A stretch of 64,000 nucleotides of DNA, taken from Scenedesmus sp. PABB004. Taxonomy: Eukaryota. Below are positions 1 to 16,600 of the stretch, piece after piece. The stretch is taken from the NCBI GenBank assembly GCA_014905635.1, contig JABVCE010000033.1, positions 248,001-312,000 of the forward strand, read 5' to 3'. The notes under the pieces are model-generated. The model worked only from the letters and a program-made list of their open reading frames with translations, made no database searches and was not told where the DNA came from. The position numbers and the translations under genes are program-made. Position 1 is the first letter of the stretch. Each line of letters starts with the position of its first letter.

Positions 1-2814
1 GGCGCCGAGCGCGTCGCGCAGCGCGGCCCGCGCCCCTGGCGTCAGCGGCCAGGTCTGCACAAACTCCTCGGTGTCGTACGCCAGCAGGCCGCCCACGTGC
101 ACCGCCTGGTCCTCGAGGAAGAGCTGCCGCGTGATGCCTGGGCGGGGCGGCCAGGCGGCCGTCAGGGAGAGTAAAGCGCGCGCGGGGGCGCCCCCAGCCG
201 AGCAAGGGCGCGCCCAGCCGGGCCCGCAGCCCTAGGGCTTGCCGCGCCGCGCCGCGCCGCACCCGCAATGAGCTTTGGCATCGCCGCCTTCATGCCCGAC
301 AGCGCGCTGCCGCTGAGGCCGAGGCTCGGCAGCGCGCTGTAGTTGTACGCAAACAGTCCGCCCACCCACGGCGCCGCGCCCGGCGTCTGCGCGGAGGCGG
401 GGCGGCAACGCCGGGCTCGGGAGCGTGCGGCGGCGGCGCCGACGCGGCGACCGCGGCGGCGCGCAGGCGGGCGCTGCGTGCAGGCGCGCAGGCGGGCGCG
501 GGGGCGCGCTGCGTGCGCGCGCCAGGCGGGGGCGCGTGCTGCGCTCGCAGCACGCGCCTTCTCTGTGAACTCAAACGCCGGCCCGAGGTAGGGGTGGGCG
601 TCGATGAGCGCGTTGCGGCGCTGCCCCGGCGCGAGCGCGCCCGGCGCCGCGTCGACGCGGTCGCCCCACGTCGCGATGTGCGGCGCCGCGGCGGCGAGCT
701 CGGGGCGCAGCCGCGCGTCGGTGAGCAGGCCGGTGGAGATGATGGCAAAGTCAAACAGCCCCGCGTCGCCGGCGGGGGTGGTGATGCGGATCTGGCGGGG
801 TTTGGAGTTTAGGGCGTGGCGGCGGCGGGGCGCGGCGCGGCGCGCGTGAGGCGGGCCCGCCTCACGCGTGAGGCGCCCCCGGGGGGCGGTTGCACAGCTG
901 GGCGAGGGCCGCGAGCAGCTCAGCCCGCCGCGCGCAGCCCGCCGCGCGCCGCCGCCGCGCGCCGCCGCCGCGCACCCGGCCGCCCTCCTCGGCGACGCGC
1001 TCCCACGGCGCGCCGGTGTGGAGGTGGAACGTGTCGAACCGCGCCGCGCGGGAGAAGGTGTCATTTGTTGCGGGCTGGTTGTATGACATGAAGAAGTCGA
1101 TGCCGGCATACTGCAACGATAGAAGGCGAGGTAAGATAGAAGATAGAAGATAAGCGAAGTGGTCGGGTCACACGAGGCAGCGCGCGGTCGGGTTCGGGGT
1201 GAGTGAGCGGCGCGCGCGCGGGCGGGAGAGGCGCACTGGTGCGAGGGCGGGGTGCGCCTCGCGGCGGGCCGCCGGCCGCCGCGCGTGCGCGCGCGCGCGC
1301 ACCTTGGTGGCGTCGTCCAGGTCCGAAAAGTGGCGCAGGAAGCCTGGCGGGCGGTGCGGTGTGGAGCGGGGCGGCGGGCGCGCGGGTCGGCGGGGAGGGC
1401 GCGGGCGGCGCCTCACCCCGCCCGGCCTGGCCGCGGCGGCGGGGCCCGGGTGCCGCGCCGGCGGGTGCCGCGCACCGGCGGCCTCCATGTAGCGGATGGG
1501 GTTGATGCGCGGCAGCTCGGTGCGGCGCACAAACACGTGGACCTCGCCCGCGCCGGCCTCGAGCGCGTGCTGCGCGTTGTCAAACGCGCTCGCGCCGCCG
1601 CCGAGGATCGCGAGGCGCTTGCCCGCGAGCGCGGCAAAGTCGATGTCGGCGCACGTGTGCGCGTAGAGGCGGCGCGGCAGCGCGTCGCTCACGACGCACG
1701 GGACGTGCCACTCGCCGCCGCCCTGGATGCCGGTCGCGAGCACCACCTTGCGCGCAAACAGGACGCCGCCCGCGCCGGCCGCGGCCGTGCTGCTGGTGGC
1801 GAGGCGGAAGCCGCCGATCGCAGGCTCGGGCGTGATGGCGTCGACGCGCGTGCAGTTGACCACGGGCAGCTTGAGCACCGCCCTGCGCGACGCGACTTGC
1901 GTTCAGCGCCCTGTCCAGCCGTGCGACCACAGCGGCGCCGCGGCTGCGCAGCGGTGCTCGCGCAACAGCTGCACCCGCGTGGGCGGCGTGGCGGCAGCAG
2001 CAGCGGCAGCAGGCACAGCAGCAGCGGCAGCAGCCGCAGCAGCAGCAGGCAAGCGGGGCGCACCGGTACCAGATGAGGTAGGCCATCCACTCCTCCTTGG
2101 GGATCTTGTCCAGCGCCGCCCAGCCGGCCTCGCCGTGCTTGGCCGTGTAGAACGCCTGGAAGGTCAGGCTCGGCACGCCGAGGTCGGGGCCTGCGTCGAC
2201 GCGGCGGCGGCGTCGGCGTCGGCGGCGTCGGCGGCGTCGGCGGCACCGCGCCGGACGCGGCGGCTGCGCGGTTGCGCGCGGCTGCGCGGGCGGCCGGCCG
2301 TGCGTGGCGCATCGGCGCGCGCACCCGTGAGCGCCTTGTTGGTGCGCAGCGTGACCATGCGGGCGTAGGTGACCCAGGGGCCCTCCAGGCCGGCCGGGTT
2401 GTCGTCCACGACCAGGACGTTGGTCACCTGCTCGCGCGCCTGCGCGCGGCACACGCAGCACACGCAGCACGCGGCGTCGGCCGCGCCCTCCTCCAGGCCA
2501 CCGCGCCGCGCGTGCGCGCGCGCCCCGCGCGCCCCGCTTCGCACCAGGCCGAACGCGGTCGTGAGCCCGCACTGCCCGCCGCCGACGACGACCACGTCGT
2601 ACACGTGCGCGGCCGGCTCGCCCGGGTGGACACGGCGCGGGACCCAGGGGCGGTCGGGGTATGTCAGCATCGCCAGGTCGGCGGCCACGCGCGCCCCGAG
2701 GGCCGCGAGGCCAGGGTGTGCGCCGGGGTCTGCCAGCGCGCGCGCCGTGGCGGCGCCGCCCGGCTGGCCCCCGGCCGGCGCGGCGGCGCAGGGGCTCTCG
2801 TTGACGAGGCACAT
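1..2814 (-). CDS. FAD/NAD(P)-dependent oxidoreductase (flavin monooxygenase-like, bacterial-type family); multi-exon, 3' end runs off the window
   Basis: ATG at 2814 (MCLVNESP). FAD motif VVVVGGGQCG, GPWVTYARMVTLRT, VVLATG, NADPH motif LAILGGGASA, AIISTG. Exons join in frame across GT/GC-AG introns. Confidence 0.85.
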
Positions 2815-3419
2815 GGCGGTGGGCGTGGCTGAGCCTGCTCCGCGGACCTGGGGTGGCGGCGAGGCGCGGTGGGGTTGCGGCGCGCGGCGGAGTAAGCGGT
2901 GAGCGGCCCGCGCAGGGCTGCGCCTGCCGCGGCAGCGCGGAAGGCGCCGATACGCAAGGGCTTGCGTAACGGCGCCTTCCCGCATTGCCGGACGGCCGGG
3001 CGCCGCGGGCGGGCCGTCGCGCGACGGGCTCGTCGCGCGCAAGCCCGCGCCGCGCACCGTAGGAGTCCGACAGTCGTTCAGTGATGCCGCAGGAGAAGGA
3101 GAGAGTGTGGCCTGGCGGCCGCGCCGCGCGCAGAGCGCCCCACGCGCGAGCTCGGCCACCTGACACTGGCATCGACGTGCGGGTGTAAGCCATTTCACGG
3201 GCTGCCGGGCGCGCGCGGCCGCCAAACGCCCGCGCTGTCGGCTACGTCTAGGGCGCCGCCCCCTGGCAGCGCGCGCGCGCCTGAGCGGCGGCGTCACCGG
3301 CCGTCCGCCGCTGCTGGCGCCGCCGCCGCTGGTGCCGCCGCCGCCCGCAGTGCAAGCCCCTGGCGGCAGTCACAGTTCACGCTCTCGCCCGCGCTCCACC
3401 CGCCCTCGCCTCGCGGCGC

Positions 3420-9338
<5,919 letters not shown>

Positions 9339-9849
9339 GGCGCCCTGGGAGCGCGGCCGCCGTGCACGGGCGTCAGCGCGCCCGCGCCGCAGACACCGCG
9401 CCCGCGCGCGCCCGCCCGCGCGCCGCCCGAGGACTGATGGCCCGCCGCTCGCTGCCGGCTGCCGCTGCCGCTGCAGCTGCTGCCCGAGCGCATTGCTTGC
9501 GCTCCCCACATCGCCGTGCCCCGCCGAGCCGCGCGCTGGTGGCCACGCGGGGGCGCTGCGGCGGCCGCATGGCGCGGAGGAGCTGCTGCCCGCCCGCCCG
9601 TCGAGCCTCCGCGCCAGCGGCGCCGCCTGGGCCAGCCCGCACCTGCACCTGCGTACAATCGCGCGAGCGACAGCCGGGTTCCGCCACAGAGGCGGTTGCT
9701 GCTGCTTCTGCTGCTGCGGGCGACTGCTGCCGCCGCGCGGGAGCAGCGAGCAAGGCGAGCAGGGGTGATCACGGGGGCCGCTGCTGGGCCGCTGCTGGGC
9801 GAGCGCGCCGCGCCACCGCGGCCGCGAGGCAGCCGCGCGGGCGCCGCGG

Positions 9850-9975
9850 TTCACCGCGCGGCGCCGCCGGAGCGCGGGGCGCTGCGAGGCGAACGCGACG
9901 CCCAGACCCCGCGCGTTGCTTTCACCGCGGCGCCGCCGGGAACGCGGGGCGCTGCGAGCCGAACGCGACGCCCAG
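9850..9975. repeat. Imperfect direct duplication (~55 bp) of the last codons and stop of the RRM gene
   Basis: 9850-9905 and 9921-9975 both read TTCACCGCG(CG)GCGCCGCCGG..GCGGGGCGCTGCGAG.CGAACGCGACGCCCAG. Confidence 0.85.
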
Positions 9976-10573
9976 GCGCCCGCCGCGCCGCCCGCCGCGG
10001 CGCGCGGCGCCGATGGCGCCGGAGAAGACGTCAAAGCCACCGACGTTGGTGCGCTTCCGCGCGACCGACAGCCGCCGGCCGTCGAGCTCGGCGCCGCGCA
10101 GCCCCGCGAGCGCCGCCGCGGCGGCGGCCTCGCTCGCCAGCTCGACGTAGGCGTGGCCGACGAGCGCGCCCGTGTCGCGCGCGCGCGGCAGCGTGACGCG
10201 CAGCGGCGGCTCGCCGCCGGCCGCACCCGCGACGAGCGCGGCGAGCGCCTCGCGCGTCGCGCTCGGCGGGAGGCCGCTCACAAACCTGCGGCGGCAGCGG
10301 CGGGGGGCGTGGGCCGGCGCGGCAGCGCGCGGCTGCCGCCCTCCCGCGGCGCGGCCGGCGGGCGCACAGCGAGCGGCGGTCGCGCTCGGTCTCCTCCCCG
10401 GCCGGTGGTGCGGCCGTGTGCTGGTCGCGCGCGCCGGGCGCGGCGTCGCGGCGGCCACCGGCCGCTGCGGGCGCCGCCGGCTTTGGCTTGGCGGCCGCGG
10501 CGCCCAGCGCCGGCCACTCGGGGTCGTCGTGTAGGCACTGCTGCTGCTGCTGCTGTTGCGCGGTGGCCATCAT
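9922..10573 (-). CDS. Single-RRM RNA-binding protein, nuclear poly(A)-binding protein (PABPN1/PABN)-like; 2 exons
   Basis: DRRSL|FVSGL (RNP2), GHAYVEL (RNP1), and KRTNV after the RRM as in PABPN1. Short RGG tail. One GT-AG intron. Confidence 0.7.
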
Positions 10574-10857
10574 GCGTCTGCGCGCGGCAACCGCGGGCGG
10601 CAGCGCCGCTCGACCGAGCACGCTCGGCTGCAGCAGCCGGGCTGCTTCGATAGCGGCGTGGGGGACTGGGGCGATGGGGGCGGCCTGCAGGCGGGATGAG
10701 GCCGCGGCGCCGGCAGTCGCCCAGCAGCGACGCCGCGGTTTCGAAGCGCGCGGCGCAGTGCGTTATGCCGCTCGCCGCCGGCTCGACCGCGTCACGCGCA
10801 GCCCGCCGCCCAGAGTGCATTCCCGCCCGGGACGGCGGCGGGACGCGGCGCGCCGCG

Positions 10858-13543
10858 ATGAAGCTGGAAGCGCTCGTCGACGCGCTGCGGGCGGTGCGCG
10901 ACCCGGAGACCAACCACAAGGGTGCGCCGGCGGCGCGGCGCCAGCGCAGGACACGCGCACCGCGCGTGCGCAGGCGCCCGGCAGCGGGCGGCAGCGCGCC
11001 CGGCCGCGGCGGCGGCGGCAGCAGCGGCGGCGGCGGCGGCAGCGGCGGCGGCCGCTGCCGCGCCGCGCCGCCGCGCCGCCCCCGCGCCAGGCTCCGCCGC
11101 CTCGCTCTCTCTTCGCGCCGCAGGCCTGCTCGCGCTGCGGCGCGCGGCGTCGCGGCCGCGGCCGGCGGCGGACGAGCTGCTGCTGTCGTACCTCGTGGCG
11201 TCGCCCGGCTGCGCGGAGCTGCAGGCGATATGGGACGCGCAGGCGGCGGCCAAGGACCTGGGCGTCACGCTGGAGCTGCTCGGCGCGTGCGCGGCGCTGT
11301 GCGCGTACGCGCCGAGCGGCGCGGCGCCGCCGGCGGCCGCCACGGACATCGCGGCAGGCCTCGACCGCCTCGCCGCGTCGCTCGTGGCGCGGCGGCTCAA
11401 GCAGCTCTACTTCCACCTGTCCAGCGGGTCGCGCGCGCGCGCCAACGCGGCGCTCGCGCTGCTGGCGGCCATCGCGGGCCGCGGCGGCGCCGTGCTGCGC
11501 GAGCTCGCCGCGTCATTTGACTTTGGCCACAGCGCGCTGCCCAAGCTCGCGCGCCCGCCGCGCGCCGAGGCGCCCCCCCCTGCCGGCGAGGGCGACGGCG
11601 CTGCCAGCGCGCCGGCCGCGGCGGCGCCGGCGCACTGGGGCGCGTGGCGCAGCCCCTCGCTGGGCAAGCGTCCGAGCCGCGCGCTGTTCGTCGAGTGGGG
11701 TGCGTGACGGGCGCTGGCGGCGCGGCGCGGGGCTGCGCAGAGGGCGCGCCCGCCTCGCCCGCCAAGCACGCTGCGCGCAACGCCCAACGGCCGCCCCGCC
11801 CCGCGCTGCGCCGCGCCGCCGCGCGCAGCCGCCGCCATGCTGCAGGCGGCCGACCCGCTGCTGCTGCCGGTGCTGCTGCAGACGCGGCCGCTGATGAGCG
11901 GTCTGCTCGTCCACCTGGCCAGCGACCCGCCGGGCGTGGCGCTGGGCGTGCTGCGGCTGCTGGACAGCCGCGTGGCTGGGCCGGGCAGCTGCGTCGGCCC
12001 GGCCACACAGCTGGAGCTGTGGGGCGACGCTGCGCTGGGCCAGCTTGCGGCGCTGGCCGCGTCGGCGCCGGCGGGCGAGGCCAGTGCTGCGGGCGCGGCG
12101 GCGCTCGCCGCGCGTCTCGGGCCCGCTGCGCCGGCGCCGCACGGCGAGGCTGCAGCCGGGCGAGCGGCAGAGCTGCTCGTGCCGGGGCTGCAGGTGCCAG
12201 CGGATGCAGCGCCGAGCGCCCCCGGCGGCAGCAGCGGCGGCGGCGATGAGGGCAGCGACAGCGGCAGTGACGAGGACGAGGAGGAGGGCGCCAGCGACGG
12301 TGGCAGCGACGGGGAGGGCGCAGCGGCCGCTGCGCGGCCCGGCCGCGACGACGGCGGCGCGGAGGCGGCGGCGGCGCGCATGCGGGAGCTGACCGAGGCT
12401 GCGGCCAGCGCCGCGTACGACCTGCTGCTGATGCTTCTCACCCACCCCACCAAGGGCCTGACCGGCGCCGGCGCCGCCGTGCTCGCCGCGCTGGCGGGGC
12501 AGCAGCACGACGACGGCGCGGCCGGCGGCGACGCCGCGGGGGCGCTGCAGGCGGCGCTGGCGCAGCAGCCGGGCGCCGGCGGCGGCGGCGGCGGCAAGGC
12601 CGCGCGGCACGCCAGCGGTGTCGGCGCGGCGTCCGGCGGCGGCGCGGCGTCCGGCGAGCTGCGCGCGCTGCGGCTGCTGCAGAAGCTGCAGCCCGGGCGC
12701 TCTGCGGCGCACGCGCGGCTGCTCGCGGCGGTCGCGGCGGCGCGGCCGGCGCTGGCGGGCGAGCTGCTGCAGGTGCTCCCTTACTCGCTCGAGCCGAAGC
12801 CCTGCGCCAGCTGGCTCGGCGCCGCGGCGGCCACCGGCCTGCTAATAGCTGCGGCCGCGGCCGCGCCGTGCGCGGTCAAGTCGGCGGCGTGCGACGCGCG
12901 CGACGCGCTGGCGTGGCTCGCGGACGGCGGGCCCGGCTGCGGCTGGGATGGCGCGGCCGACGCGCTGCAGCCGCCGGACGTCAACAGCCCGGCCTTCCGT
13001 GCGGCGTTGCGCGGCTGCCTGCCGTCTGCCGCGCACAAGGTGGGCGGCGTTGGTGCGCGTCCTGGCGGCCTCAACCCCTCGGCCGCGGCCCGCGTCGTCG
13101 CGGCTGCTCGCGCCGCCGCTCACTCGCGCTGCGCTGCGCGGCCGCCGCTCGCAGGGCGTGCTGTCGCGGGGGCTGCAGCACGGCAACCCCTTGGTCGTGT
13201 CGGCCACACTCACGCTGCTGCAGCAGTGCCTCACAGCGGCGCGGCTGCTGCTGGCGCCCGTGGAGCAGGTCGCGGCGGACGTGGCAGCGGCGGCGACGGC
13301 AGCAGCAGAGCGCCAGGCGCCGCCCGCTGGTGCACCGCAGGGCCTGCAGCAGCAGGGCCTGCAGCAGCAGGGCGCGCGCACCGCGCCCGCCGCCGAGCTC
13401 GGCGCGCTGGCGCGGCGCTGGTCGGGCTTTGCTGCGGCGCTGCGGCAGGGCCTGCGGCTGCGGGCGCCCGAGGCGTCCGTCCTGGTCGCTCTCATCACGG
13501 CCCTGCAGCGCGCAGCGGCGGCAGCCGCTGCCGGTGGGGCCGG

Positions 13544-13602
<59 letters not shown>

Positions 13603-16600
13603 TGCTGCAGCACGTCACGCCGGCGCAGGCGGCGCTGCTGCAGGAGCAGGCGTGCGGCGTGCTGGCGGGCTATGCGTGCTGCCTGCCCGAGGCGATGGCG
13701 GACGGGCACGTCGACCTGGAGCGGCTGCTGCTGCAGGGCCAGGCAAGCGCACGCGTGCCGGGCGCCGCGCTGGGCCGGCCGGCTGACGCGGCAGGCCTCG
13801 CCAACCGCTCACGCCGCCGCCGCTGCCGCTTGCCCGCACCAGGACTTGCTCGCGGCGCCGCCCGGCGTGCAACTGGCAGCGCTGCGTGCGCTGGACGCCG
13901 CCAGCGAGGCTGCAGCGGCGGCCGCCGCGTGCGACCCGCGCAGCTGTGCGGACGGCGGCGCAGTGCTGCCGGGTGCGGGGGTGAGCGTGGCCCACGTGCT
14001 GCCGCTGCTGCGGCTTGCGACCGGCTCGCCCGCGCCGGCCGCGCGCCAGCTTGCCGCCGGCCTGCTGGCAGCACGTCTTGAGCCGTTCTGCAGCGGCGCC
14101 GGCGAGGCGCGGCTGTGGCTGCAGCAGCTGCCGCAGCTGTGGCGCGTGCTGCCGCCAGCCGGCACCGCGCAGCAGCCCTACGTGCCCAGCGCCCTGGACC
14201 ACGCGGCGGCCGGCGGGGGCGCTGCCGGCGACACCGGCTGGCTCGCCGCGCAGGTCGCGGTGCTGGGGTTTGTGGCCGAAGCGGTTGTGGCGGCGGCGCG
14301 CAAGCCGCAGGAGCCGTGGGAGCTGGTGCAGCAGGCGCTGAGGGGCGACGCGCAGGGCGGGCCGAGCGGCAGCGGCGACGGGCCCAGCCTGCTGGCCGTG
14401 ACCGCGCTGCGCCGGCTGCTGCGGCTGCTCCAGTCGCTGAAGGCCCCACCGGCGGCCAAGGCGGCGGCGGCCGGCTACGTGTGCGGCGCGTGGCAGGCGC
14501 TGCTGGCGGCCGCGCCGGCGCCGGCGCGCCCGGCGCGAGTGCTGCGGCTGCTGCTGGCGGCCGAGTGCGGCGAGGCGGCGCCGAGCGGCGCAGGGGCAGA
14601 CCGCGGCGGCGGCAGCGCCAAGAAGCAGAAGCTCACCAACGGCGCCAGCGCGCCCCACGACGGCGCGGCGGGCGCAGGGCCGCCGCCGCAGCAGCTGGTG
14701 CTGCCGGCCGAGGCGGCGCCGGTGGCGTCGCTGGCACAGCGGGCCGCCGCGCTGTGCGCCGCCGGCAGCGGCGGCGGCAGCACGGCGAAGCCGCGCAAGC
14801 GCGTCGCGGGCGGCGCGCTGCTGACGGGCCTGGTGGAGCCACAGCTCGTGCTGCAGCAGGAGCACGGCGCCGCCAGGCTCGCCGGCCTGGTGGAGCAGCT
14901 GCAGGGTGCGTGCAGCAAGCCCAAGCACAAGGCCAACGGCCATGCAGCGAGCGGCGGGGGGCCGGCGGCCTGGCAGCAGCTGCAGCTGGCACTGCTCGCG
15001 GCGCCAGCGGCTGACGCGGCGGCAGCCGCGGCGCAGCTGCTGGGTGCGCGCGGTGGCCGGCTGCTGGCTGCTGCGGCTGCTGGGCGCGCCGCTGGAGGCG
15101 CGGCTCCGGACGAGGGGCCGGCGCGCTGCGGCGTGCAGCTGCTGCTCGCTGGGCTCGCTGGCCACGGGCTGTGCCTGTCGGACGTCGCTGGCGTGTCCAG
15201 CGGCGGCGCGCCGGCGCCCACGGCGCTGTCGCAGCTGGCAGCAGAGGGGGGCAGCTCGGAGCTTCTGCCGCTGCACGTGCTTGTGCGGTCGTGCTGGGGT
15301 GGCGCTGCGGAGCCGCTGCTGGCTGACCCGGCCTGGCGTGGCGGCGCGCTGCTGCAGCTGCAGCAGGCGCCGCCAGCCGACAGGCAGCTGCTGGCGAGCA
15401 TGGTGTGCTGCGCCCTCGCTAGGGCGGCGGCAGCAGGCGGCCAAGAGCAGCAGCTGGCGTTTGGCGTGCAGAGCCTGCAGAGCCTGCTGCTCACCGAGCC
15501 CGGGTCGGCCGCAGACGACGGCTGCGCGCCGGTCGACGTGACAACCGCGGTCGCGGTGCTGCAGCACCCCGCGCTGCTGGGCAGCTGGCTGCAGGAGCAT
15601 GTGCCGGGCGGCGCCGCGCTCAGCCGCCACGTGCTGCTGCTGCTGCACTGGCTGCTGGCGCGAGCAACGCCCGCGCCGGCAGAGGGCGGCGCGGCGGGAG
15701 GCAGGGCGGGCGTCGCGGCGGCGTGCCTTGCGTTTGTGACGCGGGCGGTGGAGCAGCTACACAAGGAGCTGGCAGCGGGACAGGCTGCGGGGCGCGAGCC
15801 CAGCCTCGCTGCTGCGGCTTGCCTGCAGCTGCTGCCGCCCCTGGGCGGCGGCTCCGAGGCAGATGCCGGAGCGCAGGCGGCACTGCAGCCGCAGCTGGAG
15901 CGGCTCGCGCATGCCCTGCTGGCGGCCGGCGACAGTGCCAGGCAGCCCTGGGAGCAGGAGCTGCTGGTGGTCCTGTACGAGCGGCTGCAGCCGCACCAGG
16001 CAGCGCGGGAGCCAGCGGAGCAGCCGCGCCTGGGCGAGCGCCTGATGCAGTGCTTGCTGGACCAGTTTGTGCGGGGCCCGCGCAGCGCCGCCGTGGACGC
16101 CGCCGTGGCGGCCGGCTCGGGCGCGGCAGATGCGCCGGTGAGCGCCGGCGGGGCCTGGCAGCAGCAGCAGCAGTCACGCGTGCTGGCGCTGGCCGCCAGG
16201 CCAGGCATGCTGCATGCGTGCCTGGCGCAGCCGCTCAGCAGCGTGCGGGTGGCCGTGGCGGCACGGCTCATCACCGCCGCGCCGCAGCAGCTCTGCCCCG
16301 TGTTTGCCGCGGCGCTGGACGCCTGGCTGGACGCCGCGGGCGCGGGTGCGGCGGACGAGGCGTCAGCCGCGCTCACGCGCCGCGAAGCGCTGGCGCTGCT
16401 GCTGCCGGCGGCGGCGGCCTGCCTCGGCGGCGCCGGCGCGGGCGCACGCGACGCGGGCGGGCCGGTGGTGTCGGCTTACCGGGGCGCGCTGCTGGCGTAC
16501 ATGCAGCGCAGGCGCCGCAAGCAGCAGCAGCAGCCTCAACAGTCGGCGGCGGCCGCGGCAGCAGCGGGCGGCGGCCGGCTCCCTCCCTCGGCGGTCGCCG

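Noticed and set aside
9345..9780. Non-AUG or upstream-AUG organellar targeting extension for AlaRS
   Set aside because: No upstream AUG splices convincingly into frame, and the CTG/TTG-initiated frame is not a clear transit peptide.
10574..10857. Short head-to-head gene spacing (also 41388-41698 and 50403-50679)
   Set aside because: Probably bidirectional promoters, ordinary for a compact algal genome, with no specific motif identified.
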